From Candidatus Woesearchaeota archaeon (GTDB taxonomy: Archaea > Nanobdellota > Nanobdellia > Woesearchaeales > GW2011-AR9): a stretch of DNA of 64,000 nucleotides. A program made the translations under genes and the position numbers. Under the pieces are notes generated by a model that saw only the letters and a program-made list of their open reading frames with translations, ran no database searches and was not told the DNA's origin. Positions 9,238 through 16,671 of the stretch are shown piece after piece. The DNA is taken from NCBI GenBank assembly GCA_016181265.1, contig JACOZP010000007.1:6560-70559 (forward strand), written 5' to 3'. The first letter of the stretch is position 1. Every line of letters starts with the position of its first letter.

Positions 9238-10512
9238 ATGAATCTTTTTGTCTCAATCATCTTGTGGATCAGCTACATTCTCTCTTTATATTTCTCCATC
9301 TTCCTTCTCCTCGTCTATTTTGATCAGAAGAAACTGTTCCGCAAAGAAAAAACGGAGACTAATCTCATCTCGTATCCGTTCGTCTCCATTCTCGTCCCCG
9401 CCTACAACGAAGAGAAAACAATTGAAAAAACGTTAAGATCAATTGATCAATTAGAATACCCAAAAGAGAAGATAGAAGTCATCATCATTAACGATGGATC
9501 AAAGGATCACACTGAAGAAGTAATCCAAAATGTTATCAGAGGAAAGCCCGAATATAATCTTCTTTCACATCAAAACCGAGGGAAAGCAGCATCATTAAAC
9601 AGAGCGTTGGCTCTCGCTAAAGGAGAATTTTTTGCTTGTCTTGATGCCGATTCTTTCGTCCACCCACTTACCTTGCGCAAGATGGTCGCTTTGTACCAGA
9701 AAGAGAACGATCCTTCCGTCGCCATCATCACACCGGCGATGAAAGTAGCCGATCCAAAGACGATCCTCCAGAAGATTCAATGGCTGGAATACTTAGTAAT
9801 GATTCTTTTCAGCCGGCTCACCAGTACTCTTCATTCATTGTATGTCGCACCCGGACCATTCTCTATCTATCGGACGGAAATCATCCGCTCCCTCGGAGGA
9901 TTCGATGAGAAAAATATCACTGAAGATCAAGAGATAGCGTACCGCGTCCAGTTAAGACAATATAAGATCAAACAATGCTTTGATGGTTATGTCTACACGA
10001 CCGCGCCAGCTAAGTTAAGACCATTCTATCGCCAGCGACGCCGCTGGTATCTCGGCAGCGTTATCTGTCTCCACCAATATCGCGAGATGATTGCCAACAA
10101 GAGATATGGAGATTTCGGACTGATGCAGATGGTAAAAAATACGTTAGGTTACTTTTTAGCCGTCGCCGGAATTACTATTTCTCTTTATTACATCTTTCTC
10201 CCTCTAATGCGAGTGTTCGGACGGATGAGTGCGATCAATTTTGACCTTATCAATTATGCTGTCTCTTTCAAATCGAATGTCAATATTTTTACATTCCTCT
10301 TGATGGATTTCAAGCTACTATTTCTTGTCCTGCTTCTCTTCATCATAGGATTCATCTTCTTCTATGCAGCTCACAAAAATGCTGAAGAAAGAATCAGTAA
10401 GTTCGGATGGCTCCCCATCATCCCTTATTTCGCGGGGTACTATCTTCTCAAAGGGACGATCCTTTTGATTTCATTAGGTCAATTCTCAAGAGGGAAGAAG
10501 ATGAAATGGTAG
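9238..10512 (+). CDS. processive family-2 glycosyltransferase (NodC/PgaC/HAS-like polysaccharide synthase)
   Basis: 424 aa with N- and C-terminal TM helices flanking a GT2 domain. Motifs seen: VPAYNEE, INDGSKD, LDADS, ITEDQE and QRRRW (the D,D,D,QxxRW set). Confidence 0.75.
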   Translation: MNLFVSIILWISYILSLYFSIFLLLVYFDQKKLFRKEKTETNLISYPFVSILVPAYNEEKTIEKTLRSIDQLEYPKEKIEVIIINDGSKDHTEEVIQNVIRGKPEYNLLSHQNRGKAASLNRALALAKGEFFACLDADSFVHPLTLRKMVALYQKENDPSVAIITPAMKVADPKTILQKIQWLEYLVMILFSRLTSTLHSLYVAPGPFSIYRTEIIRSLGGFDEKNITEDQEIAYRVQLRQYKIKQCFDGYVYTTAPAKLRPFYRQRRRWYLGSVICLHQYREMIANKRYGDFGLMQMVKNTLGYFLAVAGITISLYYIFLPLMRVFGRMSAINFDLINYAVSFKSNVNIFTFLLMDFKLLFLVLLLFIIGFIFFYAAHKNAEERISKFGWLPIIPYFAGYYLLKGTILLISLGQFSRGKKMKW

Positions 10513-11240
10513 ACCAACACAAAAACGATACAGAACAGAAGACGAAAGAAAAATCTTGGAGAACGATCAGTACAGATAAATACATCATCGCCGGCATCAT
10601 CACCGCTTTGATTTTTGGCTTGGGTCTTACCCTTGGCCTGATCTTAGAAGACGCACGATATGGTCTCGTCCAACAGGTCAATCAAGATCAGGAAGTCCGC
10701 TATCAAAGCCTTCAGCTGCAATATCTTTTCCTCACCACATTCCATAATGAAAATAGTTGCCCGATCCTCGCCGCGACGCTGCAAGAAACGATCACCGATC
10801 TCTCCAACTCGCTCAATGATGTTATCTCTTACGAAGAGAAGAAGACGGGAAACGATGCTAAGAAAATAACCGTAGAGCGCCGCTACCTCTTGGACAACTT
10901 ACGGTATTGGCTTCTCGCTAAAGAAAGTAAGCAAAAATGTAATATGGACATTGTCCCGGTGATTTATTTTTATCGACAGGAATGTGAATCCTGTTCCGGT
11001 CAAGGAACAATTCTCACCTACTATAAGAATCTCCTCGAAGATAAGCTTCTCGTTTTCCCCGTCAATCTAGACTTAGTTGAACGAGAACCGATGGCTAAGA
11101 TAATTCAATCACAATACAACGTCACCCAATTCCCCACTTTGATCATAGACAATACAAAATACGAAGGAGTGGTAGATAAAGACCAGATGAAAGAAATAAT
11201 CTGTTCATCATTACGTGAAGCGCCACAATGTCAAAATTAA
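10506..11240 (+). CDS. membrane-anchored thioredoxin-fold protein (CxxC)
   Basis: An internal ATG at 10506 overlaps the upstream stop. One TM helix (IIAGIITALIFGLGLTLGLIL) is followed by YFYRQECESCSGQG (CxxC) and a cis-Pro-like FPTLIID. Confidence 0.6.
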   Translation: MVDQHKNDTEQKTKEKSWRTISTDKYIIAGIITALIFGLGLTLGLILEDARYGLVQQVNQDQEVRYQSLQLQYLFLTTFHNENSCPILAATLQETITDLSNSLNDVISYEEKKTGNDAKKITVERRYLLDNLRYWLLAKESKQKCNMDIVPVIYFYRQECESCSGQGTILTYYKNLLEDKLLVFPVNLDLVEREPMAKIIQSQYNVTQFPTLIIDNTKYEGVVDKDQMKEIICSSLREAPQCQN

Positions 11241-12688
11241 AAATAGAACCGATCCAGAGACGAATTATTCAACTACGACAAAGAGCAGAACACCATCCCC
11301 TCCTGACTATTCTTCTCTTTTCTTTTCTGATAAGGATATTCTACCTCTCATTTCAAAATCCTTTATGGTGGGATTCTTATATCTATGTAGGAATGGGAAA
11401 ATTTCTTCTCTCACAAGGAAACGCGGGATTATTTGAAGTCTTCCGCCCGCCCCTCCATCCTCTCCTCTTGGGAATGATCTGGAAAGCCGGAATAAACCCC
11501 ATCATCGCCGGGATCGTCTTAGATGTTCTCTTTTCACTACTCATCGTCTATCTAACCTATCGGATCGGGGCTCTCGTCTTCAATCAGAAGACGGCATTTC
11601 TCGCAGCGTTTCTGACCAGTATAACTCCTGTTTTTCTTATGCATACCGGATTGATTCTTACAGAACCGCTCGCCATGGCTCTCAGCCTGACGGCAATATA
11701 TCTCTTCATAAAAAATCGCTCGCTCATCCTGACCGGAATCCTCATAGGACTCTCCGTTCTCGCAAAATTCCCTCAGGGAATTGTTTTTCCAATCTTTGTT
11801 CTGACCATCTTCGTCAGGCAAAAAAGAATCTCCGAAAAGATAAAAGAGACGATTCTATTAACAGGAGGATTTTTACTTGTCCTCCTGACATATGGCTACC
11901 TGAACCAGCTTTATCTCGGCAATCCTCTCGCGCCACTAAAAGCAGGAGCTTGGATTGTGACGACAGCTACTTGGTTGTATGGGTCGGGAGTATCATATTA
12001 TTTTATTCATTTTTTCCTCATGTATCCGCTCTTTCTCTTTTTTGGAGGATATATATATCTATTCGTTAAAGACAGTATTCAGAACAAAAGAATTGACAAT
12101 CCGTATTCATTTCTCCTCTTATCCCTCTGTCTAGTAACCATCGGTTATTTTCTAACCGTCCCGCGAAAAGAGCCGCGCTATCTTGTCGTGATCGTTCCTT
12201 ACCTCGCTCTCCTGTCTATAGAAACAGCAAGAAGGATATATCATTGGCTCTGCCAACAAGAGAGACCAGCGTTCTCTCCCGCTTCATTCGTGATCGTCTG
12301 CGTCGCTCTTAGCATCATTTTTATTCCCGGTCCGCTCTCTTTTGAAAAAACAATCTATCCGGAAGAGCTACGAGAGCAATTGACAGAAATAACAACGCAG
12401 CTGCCGATTATTTCCAGCAATCCCTTGCCTACAGCATACGCTGACAACAAAGTTGTTCCGCTGGGGAATATGGAATTTGCCTCTGCAGTCTATGCCGAAA
12501 ACAAAAAAAGTGCTAGTTTACTTCTCCTTACGGATTGTGATCTCATCTGTCCTCCAGACGACCATCTCTGCCAACGTCAGAAAGAAGAATTTATCCAGAG
12601 CGTTGATAAAGAGAACCAGCTTATTTTCCACAAAACAATTAAAAGCTGCACAACCAGCTTCTACGATCTAAAGAAAGAGAAAGAATGA
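11228..12688 (+). CDS. ArnT/PMT-like GT-C glycosyltransferase (GT39/GT83-type)
   Basis: 486 aa, polytopic. The N-terminal loop WWDSYIYVGMGKF..FEVFRPPLHPLL is typical of polyprenyl-phosphate-sugar dependent GT-C enzymes. Confidence 0.65.
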   Translation: MSKLKIEPIQRRIIQLRQRAEHHPLLTILLFSFLIRIFYLSFQNPLWWDSYIYVGMGKFLLSQGNAGLFEVFRPPLHPLLLGMIWKAGINPIIAGIVLDVLFSLLIVYLTYRIGALVFNQKTAFLAAFLTSITPVFLMHTGLILTEPLAMALSLTAIYLFIKNRSLILTGILIGLSVLAKFPQGIVFPIFVLTIFVRQKRISEKIKETILLTGGFLLVLLTYGYLNQLYLGNPLAPLKAGAWIVTTATWLYGSGVSYYFIHFFLMYPLFLFFGGYIYLFVKDSIQNKRIDNPYSFLLLSLCLVTIGYFLTVPRKEPRYLVVIVPYLALLSIETARRIYHWLCQQERPAFSPASFVIVCVALSIIFIPGPLSFEKTIYPEELREQLTEITTQLPIISSNPLPTAYADNKVVPLGNMEFASAVYAENKKSASLLLLTDCDLICPPDDHLCQRQKEEFIQSVDKENQLIFHKTIKSCTTSFYDLKKEKE

Positions 12689-13542
12689 ACACCAAACAGA
12701 TAGGAGGACTGCTTCGGATAAACCAATGGTACAAGAATAGTATCATCTTTCTGGCAATATTTTTCTCCGGAAACCTAGCAAGTGTTCAAGCTTTACAGCA
12801 GACTATCCTTGCCTTTTTCGCGTTGTCTTTTCTTTCATCGGCAGGATATATTATCAATGATCTCAAAGACCACAAGGAAGATCAGCTTCATCCTGAACGC
12901 AAACTAAGGCCGCTGGCGTCGGGAATGATCAAACCAGCCTCTGCTTTATTGTTTGTTCTATTCCTTCTTCTTGCCGGATCGTATCTTGCTCTTTCAATCA
13001 ATCTTCTCTTCGTGATTACTGCAGCCTCTTTCTTTATCCTCGGCCAACTCTATACTTTCATCCTCAAGAAGGTGATCTTTGCCGACATCATCGCTATTTC
13101 TCTCTTATTTGTCCTCCGCGCTGTCGCCGGTGCCGTAGCCATCTCCGTGATAATCTCACCATGGCTCATCCTTGTCCCTTTCTTCCTCGCCCTTTTCCTC
13201 GCAGCCGGAAAGCGCTACAGTGATCTCCATCTTCTCCGTGAAAAAGCAGGGATGACGAAGAAAGTATTACAAGAATACACCCCAGAAATAACCAATACCC
13301 TTATGATCATCTCCACGACACTGCTGATTATTTCTTATGCACTCTATTCATTCTTAAGCGAACATCCTCTTCTCATCGCCACGCTCCCTTTGGCCCTTTA
13401 CAGCATTTTTCGTTTCTATAATCTCATCACGAGCGGCTCATCTATTGCCCGCAATCCCGAAAAAAGTATAAAAGACGTCCCTCTTTTGATAGGGATTATA
13501 ATATGGGTGCTGACTGCAGCCGCAGTAGTTTACCTCCTCTAA
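12685..13542 (+). CDS. UbiA-family prenyl-phosphate phosphoribosyltransferase-like enzyme (DPPR synthase-like)
   Basis: 285 aa with 8-9 TM helices. RINQWYKN near the N-terminus and NDLKDHKEDQLHPERKLRPLASG match the RPxQWxKN / NDxxDxxxDxxHPxKxxRPxAxG pattern of decaprenyl-phosphate 5-phosphoribosyltransferase (Rv3806c type). They do not match the DGGGP synthase pattern. Confidence 0.6.
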   Translation: MNTKQIGGLLRINQWYKNSIIFLAIFFSGNLASVQALQQTILAFFALSFLSSAGYIINDLKDHKEDQLHPERKLRPLASGMIKPASALLFVLFLLLAGSYLALSINLLFVITAASFFILGQLYTFILKKVIFADIIAISLLFVLRAVAGAVAISVIISPWLILVPFFLALFLAAGKRYSDLHLLREKAGMTKKVLQEYTPEITNTLMIISTTLLIISYALYSFLSEHPLLIATLPLALYSIFRFYNLITSGSSIARNPEKSIKDVPLLIGIIIWVLTAAAVVYLL

Positions 13543-13546
13543 AAAC

Positions 13547-14005
13547 ATGAAAATCCACAAATTCGAGAAATATCTGGACGTCTTCTTCAGGGATATTACT
13601 TCATTGGGAAGTTTTGCTTTCCATTTCTTCTTGATCTTATTTATAGCCGCGCTAGGACAACTGACCTTAGTTTGGCAGCTCCTCTTCTCGTTCTTCTTTA
13701 CTCTCATCGCGACGACGATCATCAGGATGTTCTATTTTAAAGACCGACCTCACAAGCAAACCCATGCGAATTTTATAGAAAAGATAGATGCGGCATCATT
13801 CCCCAGCCTGCATACTGCCCGCACTGTGGCCATGGTTATGATTGTTCTAAACGCCGTCCAGAAAAATGCCGTCACTATTTTTCTTGTAGGCTTCTCAGCA
13901 CTGATTATCTACTCACGAGTCTATCTCAAGAAGCATGATTGGGAAGATGTCGCAGGAGGGATTATTCTAGGAGTAGTAACATTCTTTTTAGCGCTGTTGG
14001 TGTAG
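13547..14005 (+). CDS. PAP2-family lipid phosphate phosphatase
   Basis: 152 aa, membrane protein. PAP2 motifs FKDRP, PSLH and SRVYLKKHDWEDVAGG (SRx5Hx3D) are present. Confidence 0.75.
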   Translation: MKIHKFEKYLDVFFRDITSLGSFAFHFFLILFIAALGQLTLVWQLLFSFFFTLIATTIIRMFYFKDRPHKQTHANFIEKIDAASFPSLHTARTVAMVMIVLNAVQKNAVTIFLVGFSALIIYSRVYLKKHDWEDVAGGIILGVVTFFLALLV

Positions 14006-14024
14006 AAAAAAGGATTACTCAAGA

Positions 14025-15011
14025 TTAAGATCTCAGTCCCTCATGGATTTTATCTTTTATTACATCATTATGTTTAAGTACTGATTTAGCTTGTTTTTCA
14101 ATAGTATCAGTAAGCGTGATTATCTCTTTTAATATCCCCAATAATGTCTTATTCGTGTTCCTCAATTCTCCGATATCTCCCTCCTCTTTCATCTTTTCGT
14201 ATTCTTCGGCTAAGATATAACCCACAAGAAAAACTTGTTTATAAGAACAGACAAAAACATTCTTACTTGCCCCCGATTCTATCATTTCTGGAGCTAGTTC
14301 AATAGCACTCTCTGGAACAGCAAGAATACACTTATTAATTGTGTTTTTCTGGTTTCTATATTTTTGCACCCGCTCTATCTCATGCTTTATTTTATCAATG
14401 ATTTTTTTTCTAACACTATTCTTCTCAGCTTGGGTCGTTTCTTCGGTGATGGACTCAATAAGTTCTATCAGGTCTGGAAGCTTAGCATCAATAGGAATAT
14501 ACATATTATCCCCAAGATTCCAAGCAAATTCAACTTCCCCCGACTCCGTTCTTAGTGAAGTTTTGATAATCCCTGCTTTTATAGATTCCTGAAGATATTG
14601 TCGTAATAAATCCTCACCTACAATTCCTCTTGTCTTCGTTCCGTGAACTACTCGGTTAAATGCATCAATAACAGAGGCAAATTTGTTCATTTGTGTATCT
14701 CTTTTCTCTTCATATTTGCTTCTCACTTCATCTTGTTTCTCGAAGAACTTTTTTGTCGAATCAACAAAATCTTGATATCTTTTCTCCTTTTGTTCACTTA
14801 ATCGATCCAAATTTTTCTCTTTCTCTTCTCTTAATTTTTCGTAACCATCAAATTTAACTTTCATTTCAGTTACCTGTGTAGTTAATGATTGTAACATTGC
14901 AGATTTATTAGAAATGTCAGTATCTTGATATGCTTTGTATCTTCCAAAGTAATATCCTAACGCGATTCCAACAATTAATGATATAAGTGTAGTGATATAT
15001 TCCAAAGTCAT
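14025..15011 (-). CDS. rmuC: RmuC-family DNA recombination/nuclease-like protein
   Basis: 328 aa. It has an N-terminal TM helix, a long charged coiled-coil, then GEDLLRQYL..IPIDAKLP.. as in the RmuC C-terminal domain. Confidence 0.55.
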   Translation of the reverse strand: MTLEYITTLISLIVGIALGYYFGRYKAYQDTDISNKSAMLQSLTTQVTEMKVKFDGYEKLREEKEKNLDRLSEQKEKRYQDFVDSTKKFFEKQDEVRSKYEEKRDTQMNKFASVIDAFNRVVHGTKTRGIVGEDLLRQYLQESIKAGIIKTSLRTESGEVEFAWNLGDNMYIPIDAKLPDLIELIESITEETTQAEKNSVRKKIIDKIKHEIERVQKYRNQKNTINKCILAVPESAIELAPEMIESGASKNVFVCSYKQVFLVGYILAEEYEKMKEEGDIGELRNTNKTLLGILKEIITLTDTIEKQAKSVLKHNDVIKDKIHEGLRS

Positions 15012-15030
15012 ATATTTAAATTAGTATCAG

Positions 15031-15046
15031 AGATAATATAAACTTT
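15031..15046 (-). promoter_or_regulatory. TATA-like box for rmuC-like gene
   Basis: Coding-strand AAAGTTTATATTATCT lies about 27 nt upstream of the ATG at 15011. Confidence 0.45.
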
Positions 15047-15062
15047 ACCCAAAAGTTTAGGC

Positions 15063-15078
15063 AAAGTTTATAATTAAA
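15063..15078 (+). promoter_or_regulatory. TATA-like box for zinc-ribbon gene
   Basis: AAAGTTTATAATTAAA lies about 27 nt upstream of the ATG at 15097. It is near-identical to the divergent box at 15031-15046. Confidence 0.45.
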
Positions 15079-15096
15079 CGACCGTTCATTTATGTC

Positions 15097-15696
15097 ATGG
15101 TAAGTGGGGATCATTTTGTTTGCAACTCCTGTGAATATCAATGGAGAACTAGGAAAGATGTTGGAGAGCCATCAGTTTGTCCGCATTGTAAAAGTAATCA
15201 TATCAAAAATGAGAGTGAAAAATCAAGAAGAGAACAGGAAGATTTTAGAAAAGAAGAAGAGAGGAGAAAAGAACAAAAGCTAAAAGAGTATAATCAAAAA
15301 CTATCAAAATTAAAAGGGGATAATCGGTTATTATATTATCTGGTTTCTTGGAGATGGATTTTGCTAACTGTTGGAGTAGTTACCACCACACTAGGAATTT
15401 TTGGCTGGGGACTGATAATTCTCTCAATAATCGGGTTTGTTAAAGATATTCTACTAAAATTAGATTTAGAGTCCCCCATCCAGATTCTCATCCCCCATCC
15501 AGATTCTCAAATAGTAGCAAGAGTGGGAGTCAAGCTGGAATCGGGATATACTTATTTCGTTGATGAAAAGGGGGATGTTTCTAGAACAACAAGTAATAAT
15601 ATGAAACAAACCGTGGCTAAAGTAGGCATAAAGAGAGAAGTTGGTTATCATTACTTTGTAAACGATGATGGAAATATTGCAAGAAGACGCGGGTGA
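15097..15696 (+). CDS. zinc-ribbon membrane protein with C-terminal duplicated beta-repeat
   Basis: 199 aa. It has CNSC..CPHC, a Lys/Glu-rich linker, 2 TM helices, then two repeats, VARVGVKLESGYTYFVDEKGDVSR and VAKVGIKREVGYHYFVNDDGNIAR. The reading frame depends on the 19-nt duplication at 15472-15509. Confidence 0.5.
   Translation: MVSGDHFVCNSCEYQWRTRKDVGEPSVCPHCKSNHIKNESEKSRREQEDFRKEEERRKEQKLKEYNQKLSKLKGDNRLLYYLVSWRWILLTVGVVTTTLGIFGWGLIILSIIGFVKDILLKLDLESPIQILIPHPDSQIVARVGVKLESGYTYFVDEKGDVSRTTSNNMKQTVAKVGIKREVGYHYFVNDDGNIARRRG
15472..15509 (+). repeat. perfect 19-nt tandem duplication TCCCCCATCCAGATTCTCA x2 inside a CDS
   Basis: Read directly: 15472-15490 is identical to 15491-15509. The two copies are translated in different frames (SPIQILI / PHPDSQ). 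Confidence 0.95.
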
Positions 15697-15730
15697 CAAG
15701 TTATTTAAATGAATCAGCAGAGCAAAAACT

Positions 15731-16210
15731 TTACTTCCTCTTCATTTTCATAAAATCTCCTAACGTCAATTCATCTGACTTCTTCGCAGAAACAATTTCT
15801 TCACCGACAGCTTCATCGATGACAACAAGCGTCAGCCCTAACAGTTTCTGCAATTTCTTCGCTGTCTCCAGACTTGGTTTTACCGTCCCCGCTTCCCACT
15901 TGTTGACAACACTTTCCCGTTCCTGCAAGAGTACAGCAAAATCCTCTTGGCTCAACGTGCTCCGTTCGCGCGCGGAGCGAAGCAACCGAGAAAAATCATC
16001 AACTACTTTCCATTCTTTCTCTTGTTTAGGTGGAGATGAAAAAGAACGTCTACCTTGCTGGTGATATCCCCCACTGCGAAATGAAGAAAAATGTTGATTC
16101 TTTTGGATTTGGCCATGTTTCGCACAGACCTGACAAACAGATAAGTCTACTCCTTCCACCAGAGCCCGTAACAGGTCTCCCGTCCGCCCGCACATCTCAC
16201 ACAATGCCAT
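15731..16210 (-). CDS. mbf1: archaeal multiprotein bridging factor 1 (zinc ribbon + HTH)
   Basis: 159 aa. It has an N-terminal CEMCG..CQVC zinc ribbon and a C-terminal cro/C1-type HTH (LSQEDFAVLLQERESVVNKWEAG). Confidence 0.8.
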   Translation of the reverse strand: MALCEMCGRTGDLLRALVEGVDLSVCQVCAKHGQIQKNQHFSSFRSGGYHQQGRRSFSSPPKQEKEWKVVDDFSRLLRSARERSTLSQEDFAVLLQERESVVNKWEAGTVKPSLETAKKLQKLLGLTLVVIDEAVGEEIVSAKKSDELTLGDFMKMKRK

Positions 16211-16257
16211 TTCTCAACGTAAAGAAAGAAGTCCTATTAAAACTTTTGGATACTTAA

Positions 16258-16571
16258 GGCACTGTAGAAAAAGTCGCTGCTTGGACCAAGAGGTTGCACT
16301 GAGAAAAGCAGAATGCCCTGATCTTTAGATCATGTATGAATGCTATCGCTATCATTTCTGCTTTTCTTGTGTCACAGAAATTCGTCTATCAAGAAAGCGT
16401 CTCAGTTCAAGCCCTACTATTTATGAGGGGTGAGACGCTTTCGGCGAATTTCTCATGACGTGAGAACTGGTATATCCCGAAGTTATTGGTGCTGCTTAAC
16501 TGTAGAAGTTGTAGCAAAAGCAGCACGAACGCAACGGCCGAAGCGACTTTTTCGAGATTTTCTACAGAGCC
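16258..16571 (+). repeat. structured intergenic repeat, long copy (candidate sRNA or MITE)
   Basis: It shares its 5' block, core and 3' block with 28472-28617 and 56736-56886. The termini are reverse-complementary, and it carries an extra segment of about 160 nt at 16298-16459. Confidence 0.8.
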
Positions 16572-16671
16572 GGTACTTAACTAAGAATAAAACAATGGTC
16601 CTTCTCTCTCCAGACCATAAAAAGACCACCCATCCACAAACTATTTAAAACGAACTTCTCCTAAAAAAATC

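Noticed and set aside
16258-16571. Possible RNase P RNA. GTAGAAAAAGTCGC resembles CR-I (GAGGAAAGUCC), and CACAGAAATTCGTCTATC resembles CR-V (ACAGAAnnnGGCUUAUC).
   Set aside because: The CR-I-like string recurs in all three repeat copies and pairs with the element's own 3' end. I cannot build a P4 pseudoknot or the other conserved regions. The two short copies lack the ACAGAA segment entirely.
16430-16648. 72-aa plus-strand ORF (MRRFRRISHDV...) in the mbf1-aglH intergenic region.
   Set aside because: It lies inside the structured repeat, is Arg-rich with odd composition, and has no equivalent ORF in the other two repeat copies.
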